Notes under the pieces: model-generated
Database searches by the model: none
The model's input: the letters and a program-made list of their open reading frames with translations, nothing else
What the model was told of the DNA's origin: nothing
Shown here: positions 7,609 through 16,843 of the stretch, piece by piece
Numbering within the stretch: the stretch's first letter is position 1
How the letters are laid out: the number at the start of each line of letters is the position of its first letter
IMG/VR virus record: IMGVR_UViG_3300045391_002368
Location: 1-57,949 of that record
Length of the DNA stretch: 57,949 nt
Strand: one strand, 5' to 3'
Source of the DNA: a virus
Program-made: the position numbers and the translations under genes

Positions 7609-8325
7609 ATGAGCAACTTCCTCTCTCAGCTATACAACCCGCAGCTCTACCGAGAGTTCGAGGCCCTGGCCGATAGGCTCTGCGGGCCTCATGTGTTCCC
7701 TGCTCGCTGCGATGTTCTCTCTTTCCTCGATCTAGGCCGGGATCCATCCGTAGTCATCCTCGGCCAGGATCCCTATCACACGCCGGGGAAGGCGAACGGC
7801 CGGGCCTTCGGCTACCATCCCGATTACCGGGGACCAATCGACGCCTCGATGCGTAACATCATCCAGGAGGTTGCAGCCAGCGGCTACCCCGAGGTGCTCG
7901 AACACGACGAGAAGAGAGGTGTAGTTCCGAGTCCCTACTGGGACCTCACGCTTCGGAGCTGGACTCTCCAAGGCGTATTGCTCCTCAATAGCGCACTCAC
8001 TGTGCGGGAAGGTGCCCCTCTCTCGCATGCATACCAGGGATGGCAGTCTCTAGTCCAGAGACTCCTAGCTCTAGTGGCTCGACAGTACGATCCCGTATTC
8101 CTCCTCTGGGGCCGGTCTGCTCAGTCGCTCTTCGACATCACGTTCCTCGATCACGGGGACAGGCCGCACCCCGTCTCAATCCGTACCTCACATCCATCTC
8201 CCTTCTCTGCTAGCAAGGGCAGCAGTCCGTTCCTCGGTAGTAAGTGTTTCCGGGATGCCAACGAGGTCCTGGCATCGATGCAGCGTCCGACCATCAACTG
8301 GGGGATATCCACTAATGTCCGCTAA
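7609..8325 (+). CDS. ung: Uracil-DNA glycosylase, family 1.
   Basis: Contains VVILGQDPYHTPGKANGRAFG (the GQDPYH motif) and SHPSPFSAS (the HPSPLS-type leucine loop). GGAGG RBS upstream of the ATG at 7609. Confidence 0.85.
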   Translation: MSNFLSQLYNPQLYREFEALADRLCGPHVFPARCDVLSFLDLGRDPSVVILGQDPYHTPGKANGRAFGYHPDYRGPIDASMRNIIQEVAASGYPEVLEHDEKRGVVPSPYWDLTLRSWTLQGVLLLNSALTVREGAPLSHAYQGWQSLVQRLLALVARQYDPVFLLWGRSAQSLFDITFLDHGDRPHPVSIRTSHPSPFSASKGSSPFLGSKCFRDANEVLASMQRPTINWGISTNVR

Positions 8326-8632
8326 TTACTACCAGGCCAAGTACGGGCTCTGCGATAAGCTGGCGCAGCTAGTAGCACACCATTGCCGCACGTCCGGGCT
8401 ATTCGACCCGTACCAGGCAGCTCTATTCGCTAACTGTGCAGTCGACGCCTTCTACGACTCTATCTCTGTCTCGGATCTAGAGGCCCTCCTGGCTAGCCCC
8501 AGTAAGGATTCGGATCCACTCGGAGAACACATGGCATCCGCTGCTGCAGCACGTCTCGCTCAGGAGGCCAAGCGTAGAGATAACAATGCGAAGGTGTCTA
8601 GAACATATCAGTTGCAACCTAGAAAGAAGTAA
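8315..8632 (+). CDS. Hypothetical protein.
   Basis: The ATG overlaps the end of ung. 105-aa helical ORF. Confidence 0.5.
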   Translation: MSANYYQAKYGLCDKLAQLVAHHCRTSGLFDPYQAALFANCAVDAFYDSISVSDLEALLASPSKDSDPLGEHMASAAAARLAQEAKRRDNNAKVSRTYQLQPRKK

Positions 8633-8659
8633 CTCAGAATCATCTACGGAGGTTCCCAC

Positions 8660-9403
8660 ATGCGTACGATCGTTACTACACTAATTAGTTTCCTGGCATC
8701 TACGGCGGCATATGCCGGCTCTGGCCGGACTGCGGTAGACTTCTCCAGAGAAAGAGCAGTCCTCATCGATGATGTCATCGACGGCAGTCTCTTCATTCCA
8801 GTTGCCAGCCGTCTCAATCGCCTCTCCACAGATGGTACGGGAAATCCAATCGATGTAGTCATCTCCTCACCGGGAGGCTCACTCGTCATCGGTTTCCTCC
8901 TCACCAACGAGATGGAGAATGCTCGGGCTCGGGGCTCGAAGGTCCGCTGTTTCGTCCCGACCCTCGCTGCTTCCATGGCGTTCCAGCTGCTACTCCACTG
9001 CGACGAGCGCTATGTGTCTGAGAAGGCGCTGCTCCTCTGGCATGGTGTGCGGGTGATGTCCGAGGGAGAGCAAATTACGGCAGAGGGTGCAGCCCAGCTC
9101 TGGCGAGATATCTCCGCCAATAACCGGGTCATCTTCTCGGAACTGGAGAGCGTGATCGGTGCCTGCGGTATGCCCTCCGACGAGATTCGCTACCATTTCC
9201 TCGCCGAGACACTCCATGTGGGTGAGGTCCTCGCTGCCCGAGTCCCGAGGTTCGTCACGGCGGTACCGGCACTGCCAGGACCGATGACTCTCGTACTCCA
9301 GTCGGCAGCAGCGAAGGCCCGCCAGCTCCAGGATCGAGGTCCGGAGGGCCGGATTCGTCGTTTCGCTCCCGGCACTCTCATCTACATGTGGCGGGGTAAG
9401 TAA
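8660..9403 (+). CDS. ClpP/S49-fold serine protease with an N-terminal signal peptide.
   Basis: MRTIVTTLISFLASTAAYA looks like a signal sequence. VVISSPGGSLVIGF and TLAASMAFQLLL...LLWHG match the ClpP-family Ser/His regions. GGAGG RBS. Confidence 0.7.
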   Translation: MRTIVTTLISFLASTAAYAGSGRTAVDFSRERAVLIDDVIDGSLFIPVASRLNRLSTDGTGNPIDVVISSPGGSLVIGFLLTNEMENARARGSKVRCFVPTLAASMAFQLLLHCDERYVSEKALLLWHGVRVMSEGEQITAEGAAQLWRDISANNRVIFSELESVIGACGMPSDEIRYHFLAETLHVGEVLAARVPRFVTAVPALPGPMTLVLQSAAAKARQLQDRGPEGRIRRFAPGTLIYMWRGK

Positions 9404-9466
9404 TGTTGCGCATCCTCTGTCTATCGTCAGCAACAGATAGTAATCAGCTACAGGAGAGGTCTCCGT

Positions 9467-9688
9467 ATGTCTAAGACTATCTCCTATAAACTTCGGGGGC
9501 AAGCTCTCGAATGGGCGAACAAGTTCAGCAACGACCTAGGGATCCCGCTCAACCTAGCTGCAGAGAGGGCTCTGCTCTGGGCTATCCGGAAGGCGTACGA
9601 GGAGTCTGGGAAGTCCGGAACCCTCGATCCCCACACGGAATCCGAGGCAGTAGCTCCCACTCCGACGGAGGAAGCAAGCAATGGGTGA
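9467..9688 (+). CDS. Small protein, possibly a ribbon-helix-helix DNA binder.
   Basis: 73-aa ORF with GGAGAGG RBS. N-terminal KTISYKLRG strand followed by helices. Confidence 0.4.
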   Translation: MSKTISYKLRGQALEWANKFSNDLGIPLNLAAERALLWAIRKAYEESGKSGTLDPHTESEAVAPTPTEEASNG

Positions 9689-9770
9689 TTTCTTTCTGGG
9701 CTTAGTGACAGGTCTGGTAGTCATGAGCGTCTATCTCATCTATACCTACGACAAGTGGAGTGACCGGTGA
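9681..9770 (+). CDS. 29-aa single-pass membrane peptide (MGDFFLGLVTGLVVMSVYLIYTYDKWSDR).
   Basis: Found by reading the sequence; it is below the ORF-track cutoff. It overlaps both neighbouring genes at start and stop, suggesting translational coupling. Confidence 0.3.
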   Translation: MGDFFLGLVTGLVVMSVYLIYTYDKWSDR

Positions 9771-10855
9771 GTAGTCGCATCCGAACCGACCTCGGCGGGC
9801 GCCTCCGAGATGGCCGGAAGATGGCCAGGGAGAAGCACGTCGAGGGTGAGCAGGAGAAGATCGGCAATCTCCGGGCAGGTAGTTCCGGAATCATGAGCCC
9901 GGAGGGTGAGGTTGCCGGCTCCTGCCACAGACTGGCTCACCTGCGTCAGCTCGGGATCGAGGTGGATCCACCGGACGAGTCACGTCAGATTATGTTCCAG
10001 CTCGGTACTGCGAACGAGTCGATCGTCTATGACGATCTCCTGCAGACTGCGTCTGAGGACGAAGTGATACTGCGGGAGACAGAGATCCCGATCCAATGGT
10101 TCACGCAGAATGGAACGAAGGTGACTGGTCGTCCGGATATGGTTGTATGCCGGAGGGAAGTCCGTACCTACGAGCCGTCTGCCCTCCAATTGGCCGCCGG
10201 AGCAGTTACTGTGGCAGAGCCCGTCAATACACCTCTCTACGGAATAGAGATCAAATCGATTGCCAGCGTCTGGACTAGCAGGGATATCATCGGAGAAGAG
10301 CAGCCGAAGTTGGATCACCTCATCCAGTCGGCGCACTACTCGTGGAAGCTCGGGGTTCCGTTCCGGCTCATCTACAAGCAGTACGCAATCCAGGAGATTC
10401 CGGGATGGAAGGGAACGCAGGGGCGGGAAGGCTGGTCTCAGAAACTCTTCCCGAAGAACTCGCCCCACATCGACTACGAGAAAGGGCGCATCCAACCCTT
10501 CGAGATTGTGTTCGAATTGGAGTTCGATAAAGGTTCGGAGGGGAGGCTCAGATACAGGAAAGAGGTGGTTGACGGATCCTCGGGTGGAACGTCGGGCGGT
10601 ACGTCGGGTGGAACACCCTGGACCACTACACTCATCACGACAGCGGATATCGAGAGATTCTACGAGTTCGTGAGTACGATGGGAAGTAAGGGAGAGCTGG
10701 GTCCGAGGCCACTGACGATCGGTCCCGATGGGAAGCAGAAGAATTACAACAGGTGCGATCCGAAGTACTGCCCACTAGCGGAAACATGCGAGAACCACGA
10801 GAAGAAAGGATACACGAAATGGCTGACGGAAGTAAGATCGAAACTTGGAAAGTAA
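9767..10855 (+). CDS. Cas4/RecB-like PD-(D/E)XK exonuclease with a Cys cluster.
   Basis: YGIEIKSIAS (the E-x-K region), N-terminal AGSCHRLAHL and C-terminal RCDPKYCPLAETC cysteines. The start is uncertain: GTG at 9767 or ATG at 9821. Confidence 0.6.
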   Translation: MSSRIRTDLGGRLRDGRKMAREKHVEGEQEKIGNLRAGSSGIMSPEGEVAGSCHRLAHLRQLGIEVDPPDESRQIMFQLGTANESIVYDDLLQTASEDEVILRETEIPIQWFTQNGTKVTGRPDMVVCRREVRTYEPSALQLAAGAVTVAEPVNTPLYGIEIKSIASVWTSRDIIGEEQPKLDHLIQSAHYSWKLGVPFRLIYKQYAIQEIPGWKGTQGREGWSQKLFPKNSPHIDYEKGRIQPFEIVFELEFDKGSEGRLRYRKEVVDGSSGGTSGGTSGGTPWTTTLITTADIERFYEFVSTMGSKGELGPRPLTIGPDGKQKNYNRCDPKYCPLAETCENHEKKGYTKWLTEVRSKLGK

Positions 10856-11466
10856 TGCAGGTGGATTCTCCTAGTGCACATAGTCCAGGAGAGCGCATCA
10901 ACATCGGGCCGACTCCGAAGGATTCCCTTTCCTACACAGTAACTCTTATCGACCATGAGAAGCGGGAGATCATTCTCACTCTCGACTGGAACTCACTCCC
11001 GGAAGGTACTCTCGCTCGTACGGCAGGCGGACAGATTATGCGTAAGGCTGGTTCCAGCTGTTGGAACCAGATAGGCGGTCCTGCGTGGTGTCATCCTGGG
11101 ATGGGTATATGTGGTGTTAGGCCCCAGGCTCATGCTGATTGGCTATATGAGTCCACTGGGCAATATTGTTGGTCCGGCTCACGGCGCCCTGAGAACATGG
11201 ACCTAGTCGAGGTTCTCCCGGAGGATTACCTGTCTCGGGGCGTCGAACAGAGTCTGAATCGTGACTCGCTACCTCTGAGGTACGTCGAGAAGCTACCTTC
11301 CTGGATAGACACAGGAATGCGGAAAGCGGCACTTCCGCAGGAAGTGGGCGTAGTCGCATGCACTCACGACTGGATTGATACAGGCATGCGACGGAGCTGG
11401 TGTCGCCACTGCAATGCGAATGCGATGATGAATTCCACTGGTGACTGGGAAGAGGTTCCGGAATGA
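10855..11466 (+). CDS. Cys/Trp-rich hypothetical protein with an internal WIDTGMR duplication.
   Basis: TAATG start/stop overlap. The motif occurs as SWIDTGMRK and DWIDTGMRR. Confidence 0.5.
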   Translation: MQVDSPSAHSPGERINIGPTPKDSLSYTVTLIDHEKREIILTLDWNSLPEGTLARTAGGQIMRKAGSSCWNQIGGPAWCHPGMGICGVRPQAHADWLYESTGQYCWSGSRRPENMDLVEVLPEDYLSRGVEQSLNRDSLPLRYVEKLPSWIDTGMRKAALPQEVGVVACTHDWIDTGMRRSWCRHCNANAMMNSTGDWEEVPE

Positions 11467-11815
11467 GTCGCAAGAAATGGGAACTACCGACTGCTCGGCA
11501 GATGTTCGACAATGCGGTACTCGGCATTGCCAGTCAGGGGTACAGGAGAGCATTCTCCCTCTATGAGGGATACTGTGTTGCGCTGACACACGACGGAAAG
11601 CGATGCGCTCTCGGGTGGTCCTGTACTGATGTCAAGCCGGGATACTCCACCACTCCCAGTGGGAGAGTCTCGATGCGACCCTACTAGGTCACCATCTGCG
11701 CCAGGCGCACGATACGGAACTGGGGAGATCCGTCACTCACTGGAAGGACCGCATGGCAGAGATCGCATTGTCCTACGGCCTGGACGATTCTGCTCTCTGG
11801 TTGGATTGCGTGTAG
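11463..11815 (+). pseudogene. Frame-disrupted small gene. Frame 0 runs 11463-11687 and the protein-like continuation runs in the -1 frame at 11630-11815.
   Basis: Frame 0 ends ...DGKRCALGWSCTDVKPGY...*. The -1 frame reads ...AGILHHSQWESLDATLLGHHLRQAHDTELGRSVTHWKDRMAEIALSYGLDDSALWLDCV* and has no start codon of its own. Confidence 0.4.
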
Positions 11816-11842
11816 GAGTCTAGTCAATAAGTAGAATCCTAT

Positions 11843-11861
11843 CCACCAGATGGTCTGGTGG
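11843..11861 (+). terminator. 8-bp perfect hairpin (ccaccaga-tgg-tctggtgg) between genes, without a U-tract.
   Basis: Read directly from the sequence. Confidence 0.2.
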
Positions 11862-11897
11862 ACGGAGAGATAGTGTGTGTAGAAGGAGTGTCTAGTA

Positions 11898-12194
11898 ATG
11901 GCTTATCAGAACAATCGTGGTGGTCAGGGTCAGGGTGGTGGCTATCAGAAGTCGGATGCCACGACGAGTGGCGGCCCAGGCGGGAGCGGAACTGGCGCCC
12001 GCAAGAATGTCAACCGTGTCTTCTCCGCCTTCAAGAACAAGTCGGGTAAGGGTTACTCGGTCATGCTCGACGAGGCTGTGAACATCCCGGCAGGTACCCG
12101 TCTGGGTCTGTTCCTGGATACGATCACGTCGAAGAAGACTGGCCAGCTGTACGAGATCGTGAACGTCTCCGTCATGCCGGAACGTCGCAAGTGA
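11898..12194 (+). CDS. Small Gly-rich protein, possibly a ssDNA-binding protein.
   Basis: GAAGGAG RBS. Has a GGQGQGGGY low-complexity N-terminus and a beta-rich C-terminus. It lies immediately upstream of the DNA polymerase. The function is inferred. Confidence 0.35.
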   Translation: MAYQNNRGGQGQGGGYQKSDATTSGGPGGSGTGARKNVNRVFSAFKNKSGKGYSVMLDEAVNIPAGTRLGLFLDTITSKKTGQLYEIVNVSVMPERRK

Positions 12195-12216
12195 TCTAGG
12201 GGATGGGAGTCGGCGT

Positions 12217-14496
12217 ATGTCAGATGATTCTCTCGTTACAACTGAGGCAGGTAAGCCCGAGTGGAAGCGGGTGCTCATACCGGGACGACATACGCCGGCT
12301 CGCACCGGAAGGTATTTCCAGCGTCATGCAAACTACCAGGATCTCCAGCATATCCTACCGGCAGTAGCCCGATCGGAATTCGTCGCCGTCGACTTCGAGA
12401 CCAGGGGCGGTGACTATTCCGAGGGTCTCTCCATCGTCGGTCTGGGCCTGGCCTGGGACAGCGGCTCGTGCTACCTCGATTGGGGTAGTCTCTATGCCGG
12501 ATCCCAGAGTCAGGTCCGGACTGCCCTCCTCTCCCACAAGGGACTGCTGGCGCACAATGTCTACTTCGACGGCGGGGTGATGCGCACCTGCTGGGGTCAG
12601 CACGGGCAGTGGGCAGCCTGCACCTTCTCCCTATACAAGATGCTGGCCAACGAGGGCTGGCCCGGACAGCGTCACGGTCTCAAGGAAGCGATGGTCGATG
12701 TACTCCAGTGGGAGAACGCCAATGAGGACGAGCTCGAATACTGGCTCATCACGAATGGGTGGTACCGGGGCACTCGTCTCAAGGATGCATCCCCAGCGAA
12801 GTTAGACCTACTAGCACGGGAGAAGAAACTGTCTGCTGACAAGGGCCAGCTGTGGAGAGCCCCTGCACAGATACTCGGGCAGTACTGCGTACTCGACGCC
12901 GAGGCCTGCTACCTACTCTACACAGAGCACCTAATGCCTGTACTTGCAGAGCGGTTTACAGATACCGGATTTTCCAAGTGGTTTACAGAATCCTGGATGC
13001 ACTCGATCCGGGTGCACATAGACCAGAAGATCCATGGTATCTGTGTCGACCGCATCGGTCTTCTCGACAGGCAGCAGCATCTCGGGGATCAGATCGAGGA
13101 TCTCTCCGTAGAAATACGGACCCACGAGGAGGTGGCTCCGCACATCGCCACTATCGAGACGGAGCTTCTCTCCGAACTCCTGGCCAAGGAACCCGAGCAG
13201 TACCTCAGGCAGAAGCCTGTCCCACCGGAGCCTCCTCGCTACCGGAAGAATGGATCTATCTCGAAGGTCTGGCAGCGCTGGCAGGAGAACCTCTCGAAGT
13301 ACCAGACGAGAACCCTCTCGAAGAACTGGGAGAACTGGCACGGGCGCCTCCTCCGGGCACGTGAGGGGAAAGACCCTGCGTACCGAATGAACTTCCAGTC
13401 TGACCACCATCTGCGTCGTCTCTTCTACGAGCTGATGGGTAAGCCGGTGCGCACCTACACGGATGCCGGGCTGCCGGGTACTGGCGTGAAGGCGCTCAAG
13501 AATCTCGGACCGGTGGGCCAGCTCCTGATAGAGAGGTCCTGGGCAGAGAAGGAACTCGGCTATATCACAGACTATATCGAGAGAAGTGAGGCACGGGGAA
13601 CTATCCACCCCTCCTTCCGTATGCCCGGAACTAAGACTGGACGGCTCTCCTCTTCGGGCCCGAACATGCAGCAGATCCCGAAGTCGATGGCAGTGATGAG
13701 TCTCTTCGTTGCGAGACCTGGGCGGCTGTTCGTCGATCTCGACTTCTCCGCACTCGAACCAGTGGTGGCTACCGAGTTCTCCGGAGACGAGAACATGCGT
13801 CGCATCTATGCAGATGGAGCTCCCCCCAATGACATCTACCTCTATGTGGCGGCTCACATTCCGGGGATGGCGGAAGAGATCCGTGCGACTGGCTATGATC
13901 CGAAAGCACCAACAGCTGAGACTCTGGCGAAGGCGAAGAAGGAATGCAAGAAGACGAGGTCGATAGCGAAGACCGTCGTCCTCGCCTGTCAGTACGGCGC
14001 CGGAGTGAAGAAGATACTAGAGACACTAGAGACAGACAACGTGTTCCTTCCCGAGGAGGAGGTAGCGAAGATCCACTCCGGGTACTGGAAACTATTCAGT
14101 GGAGTACGGGAGTTCCGGTTCGACCTAGAGAGACAGTGGAAGCGCAATGGGGGCTACCTACTCAATGGTCTGGGTAGGCCCATGTGTGTCACCGAGGACT
14201 ACAAGCACGACTGTCTCAACCGCTTCATCCAGTCGACTGGACACGACATTCTGGTGGAGTACATTCGAATCCTCACGAACAATCTCGATGCTGCAGGCCT
14301 AGACTGGGATCCTCTCGTCATCGACTGGCACGATGCTGCAGCTGTCGAGGTTGCAGAGGATCAGCTGGAGAGAACAGTGGAAGTGTACAAGGACTCGCTC
14401 GACGATCTCAATAGGCATCTGGGTGGGAGCATAACGCTCAAGGGCACGCCGTCCTGGGGTAGGACAATGGCCTCGATAAAAGAGCCAGAGGAGTAA
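12217..14496 (+). CDS. Family A (T7/Pol I-like) DNA polymerase with a 3'-5' exonuclease domain.
   Basis: VAVDFETRG (Exo I), KTGRLSSSGPNMQQIP, RSIAKTVVLACQYGAG (motif B) and VIDWHDAAAVEV (motif C). Confidence 0.9.
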   Translation: MSDDSLVTTEAGKPEWKRVLIPGRHTPARTGRYFQRHANYQDLQHILPAVARSEFVAVDFETRGGDYSEGLSIVGLGLAWDSGSCYLDWGSLYAGSQSQVRTALLSHKGLLAHNVYFDGGVMRTCWGQHGQWAACTFSLYKMLANEGWPGQRHGLKEAMVDVLQWENANEDELEYWLITNGWYRGTRLKDASPAKLDLLAREKKLSADKGQLWRAPAQILGQYCVLDAEACYLLYTEHLMPVLAERFTDTGFSKWFTESWMHSIRVHIDQKIHGICVDRIGLLDRQQHLGDQIEDLSVEIRTHEEVAPHIATIETELLSELLAKEPEQYLRQKPVPPEPPRYRKNGSISKVWQRWQENLSKYQTRTLSKNWENWHGRLLRAREGKDPAYRMNFQSDHHLRRLFYELMGKPVRTYTDAGLPGTGVKALKNLGPVGQLLIERSWAEKELGYITDYIERSEARGTIHPSFRMPGTKTGRLSSSGPNMQQIPKSMAVMSLFVARPGRLFVDLDFSALEPVVATEFSGDENMRRIYADGAPPNDIYLYVAAHIPGMAEEIRATGYDPKAPTAETLAKAKKECKKTRSIAKTVVLACQYGAGVKKILETLETDNVFLPEEEVAKIHSGYWKLFSGVREFRFDLERQWKRNGGYLLNGLGRPMCVTEDYKHDCLNRFIQSTGHDILVEYIRILTNNLDAAGLDWDPLVIDWHDAAAVEVAEDQLERTVEVYKDSLDDLNRHLGGSITLKGTPSWGRTMASIKEPEE

Positions 14497-15005
14497 TGTT
14501 CGTGGGAACTCGAAGGAGAAAGCTAGAGATAGAGACTACTGGATTTCCGGGAATGAGTAAGCACCCATTGTATCTTGTATGGTATAATATGCTCCGACGC
14601 TGCTATGATAAACAGAATAGCTACTATAGGGGGTACGGGGGTAGGGGTATTCGGGTCTGTCCGCAGTGGTTTGATTTCGGTACCTTTCTCCGGGATATGG
14701 GCGAGAAGCCTGGTCCGGATTACGAGCTGGACCGAAAGGATAACAATGGAAACTACGAACCGGAAAACGTCAGATGGGCAACTCCCTCACAGAATCGGAG
14801 AAATAGACGTCCCTACGGGAAATCGAAGTATAGGGGAGTATGCTACTTAGGGAAGTACATATACGCTAGACTATACTTATCAACTGAATGTAAATTTCTA
14901 GGCTATTTTCCAACAGAGGAGGAAGCAGCCCTCGCTTTCAATAAGGCAGCCATCGAATACTTCGGTGAGGATTGTGGTATGCTGAACGAGGTACCCGAGA
15001 AATGA
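14496..15005 (+). CDS. HNH homing endonuclease with an AP2-type DNA-binding domain.
   Basis: DRKDNNGNYEPENVRWATPSQNRRN and YRGV...EEEAALAFNKAAIEYFGE. The GC content is visibly lower than in the flanking polymerase gene. Confidence 0.8.
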   Translation: MFVGTRRRKLEIETTGFPGMSKHPLYLVWYNMLRRCYDKQNSYYRGYGGRGIRVCPQWFDFGTFLRDMGEKPGPDYELDRKDNNGNYEPENVRWATPSQNRRNRRPYGKSKYRGVCYLGKYIYARLYLSTECKFLGYFPTEEEAALAFNKAAIEYFGEDCGMLNEVPEK

Positions 15006-15199
15006 ACTACGGCATTCCGGATCTGCTGGCGAAGATACAGCGAATAGCCGAGCCCCTCATCGGGGTGGAGATTCGGACAGAGATTCCGGAGCATGCGGAA
15101 TTCATAACAGAGATGGTATACTATACGGGGCTGCTGCTGGAGGCGATCGAGAAGGAGAAGCAGACCCATCCACTCTATCCTCCGGAGGATCGCAACTGA
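15002..15199 (+). CDS. Hypothetical protein.
   Basis: ATGA overlap with the upstream gene. 65 aa. Confidence 0.5.
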   Translation: MNYGIPDLLAKIQRIAEPLIGVEIRTEIPEHAEFITEMVYYTGLLLEAIEKEKQTHPLYPPEDRN

Positions 15200-15399
15200 T
15201 GCGGGTGCAAGGGATAGAGTGCCCGCTCTGCGGGGACAGGGTCTGGTCCCGGGCCACCCACGACATGCGCTACTGCAGGTGTGGCTACTGCTTCGTAGAT
15301 GGAGGCCGTTCCTACTCCCGTATCGGGTACGGCGGAGACGGATTCCCGAGACCCTGGAAGGTACCGAGGGAGATAGAGATAGAGGTGGACAATGCATGA
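15199..15399 (+). CDS. Zinc-ribbon protein.
   Basis: CPLCG...CRCGYC. Confidence 0.5.
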   Translation: MRVQGIECPLCGDRVWSRATHDMRYCRCGYCFVDGGRSYSRIGYGGDGFPRPWKVPREIEIEVDNA

Positions 15400-15790
15400 C
15401 TGGTCCGACAGGAATGTAGATTGGAAGGGCATCTCGGATGCTGCCCGCTACATCGCAGAGTATCTCGTACGCTGGGGACGAGTGGGAGTCCGGGACTACA
15501 AGGAGAAGTACGGGACTGTCCGTGTGTACTGTTCTCTGGGATGGTACCAGTTCCACTCCATCACACACCCCCGGGCTGCCTATTCGAGGTATCCTCCGTG
15601 GCTCTGGCGTCTCGACTGTAGATATGGTTGGAGAATTTTTCGCCCAGTCAACTGGCTGGTGATTCCATTCCACAAATGGTTATACCGCCGAGCCTACCGG
15701 AATGCAGTGCGGAAGTGGCCGCATCTGCGGGAAGAGATACTCCGTGCTGCCGACTTCGATGAACTACTGAGGGGACTCCGAGATGAGTAA
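15392..15790 (+). CDS. Hypothetical Trp/Arg-rich protein.
   Basis: 132-aa ORF overlapping the end of the upstream gene. Confidence 0.5.
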   Translation: MHDWSDRNVDWKGISDAARYIAEYLVRWGRVGVRDYKEKYGTVRVYCSLGWYQFHSITHPRAAYSRYPPWLWRLDCRYGWRIFRPVNWLVIPFHKWLYRRAYRNAVRKWPHLREEILRAADFDELLRGLRDE

Positions 15791-15830
15791 GAAGCCGATT
15801 TGTTTTACAAATCCTGTTGGGATATAAGAC

Positions 15831-16397
15831 ATGTCTCGAAAACTCGCTCGGGATAGACGGAAGATTGCTGCCTCTCGTGGCAAGCGGACTACTGGTGAGT
15901 ATCACCGGTTCGACCCTGCATCGTACGCTGCCCACAATGCCCCGGGCATAGCAGCTGTACTCGACTATCTCGATTCCATCGGACTCTATGCTGTCGAGAA
16001 CGAGGATTTCTATGGTCCAGACATTGTAGTCTGGAAAGGATTCCAGCCTGCCTACTACATCGAGGTAGCCAGAAGAAGTCACTGGGAGAGTGGCGACTGG
16101 CCCGACCACTGGGACCCGATCCATGTCGAGGAGCGGAAGTGGCATCTCTTCAATTCACTCCAGTTTCCCTGCGAGTACTGGATAGTTAGGCTCGACGGTA
16201 AGGCTGCACTGATTGTCCCCGAGAATGTCCTAAGTGGGTGCGAGGACATTCGAGAGATACCGAATAGCAGATTACAGTCAGGTGAGAAGTTCCTCTGCAT
16301 CCCTCTAGAACAATGTATCGAGAAGAACTTAGAACCAGAGAGGGGGACAGGAGATGACATTCCGCAGCAAGGGTCCAGTAACTCGGGAGTCGAGTAA
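15831..16397 (+). CDS. Hypothetical protein, possibly with a restriction-endonuclease-like fold.
   Basis: GPDIVVWKG...YYIEVARR gives weak D...E-x-(K/A) spacing. Confidence 0.35.
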   Translation: MSRKLARDRRKIAASRGKRTTGEYHRFDPASYAAHNAPGIAAVLDYLDSIGLYAVENEDFYGPDIVVWKGFQPAYYIEVARRSHWESGDWPDHWDPIHVEERKWHLFNSLQFPCEYWIVRLDGKAALIVPENVLSGCEDIREIPNSRLQSGEKFLCIPLEQCIEKNLEPERGTGDDIPQQGSSNSGVE

Positions 16398-16788
16398 GTT
16401 CCTCAGCGACAATCTAGTCGCATGCCGAATCTCCACCAATAGCTGGAGTGACGACGAGATGTTCTACGTGTCGGTCGAACAGTTCCCACTAGTCGAGGGC
16501 CGGTGCTTCCACGTCGAGAACTCCCATGCCAATCGGGGTGGGTTCCACCTGCGCCTTCGAACCGCTCCCCGGGAAGGAGACTACGGCTTCGGGCATACGT
16601 CCACTCTCCGGCTCCACACACTGCTCTACCAGGCGCAGTCCGTAGATGTCGGCCTCGAAGTGGATCACCGTGTGCACTGGACCTACAACTATCCCGAGGC
16701 TGTGGAGTTCGTGACCACAGAGGAGAACGTCAGGGCCGGAGCTCCGATACTCCAGACCCGACGTACTCGTCGGAAGAAGGTGGCCTGA
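16354..16788 (+). CDS. HNH-motif nuclease.
   Basis: GLEVDHRVHWTYNYPEAVEFVTTEENV. The start is uncertain (16354 or 16459). Confidence 0.55.
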   Translation: MTFRSKGPVTRESSKFLSDNLVACRISTNSWSDDEMFYVSVEQFPLVEGRCFHVENSHANRGGFHLRLRTAPREGDYGFGHTSTLRLHTLLYQAQSVDVGLEVDHRVHWTYNYPEAVEFVTTEENVRAGAPILQTRRTRRKKVA

Positions 16789-16843
16789 GCCGCAGGCTCC
16801 CACAGTACCCGATCGGTCCATAGCCAGCATAGGAGAGCAGATC

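Noticed and set aside
11630-11684. Programmed -1 ribosomal frameshift joining the two frames of the 11463 gene.
   Set aside because: No X XXY YYZ slippery heptamer or obvious downstream pseudoknot lies in the only interval where the shift could occur.
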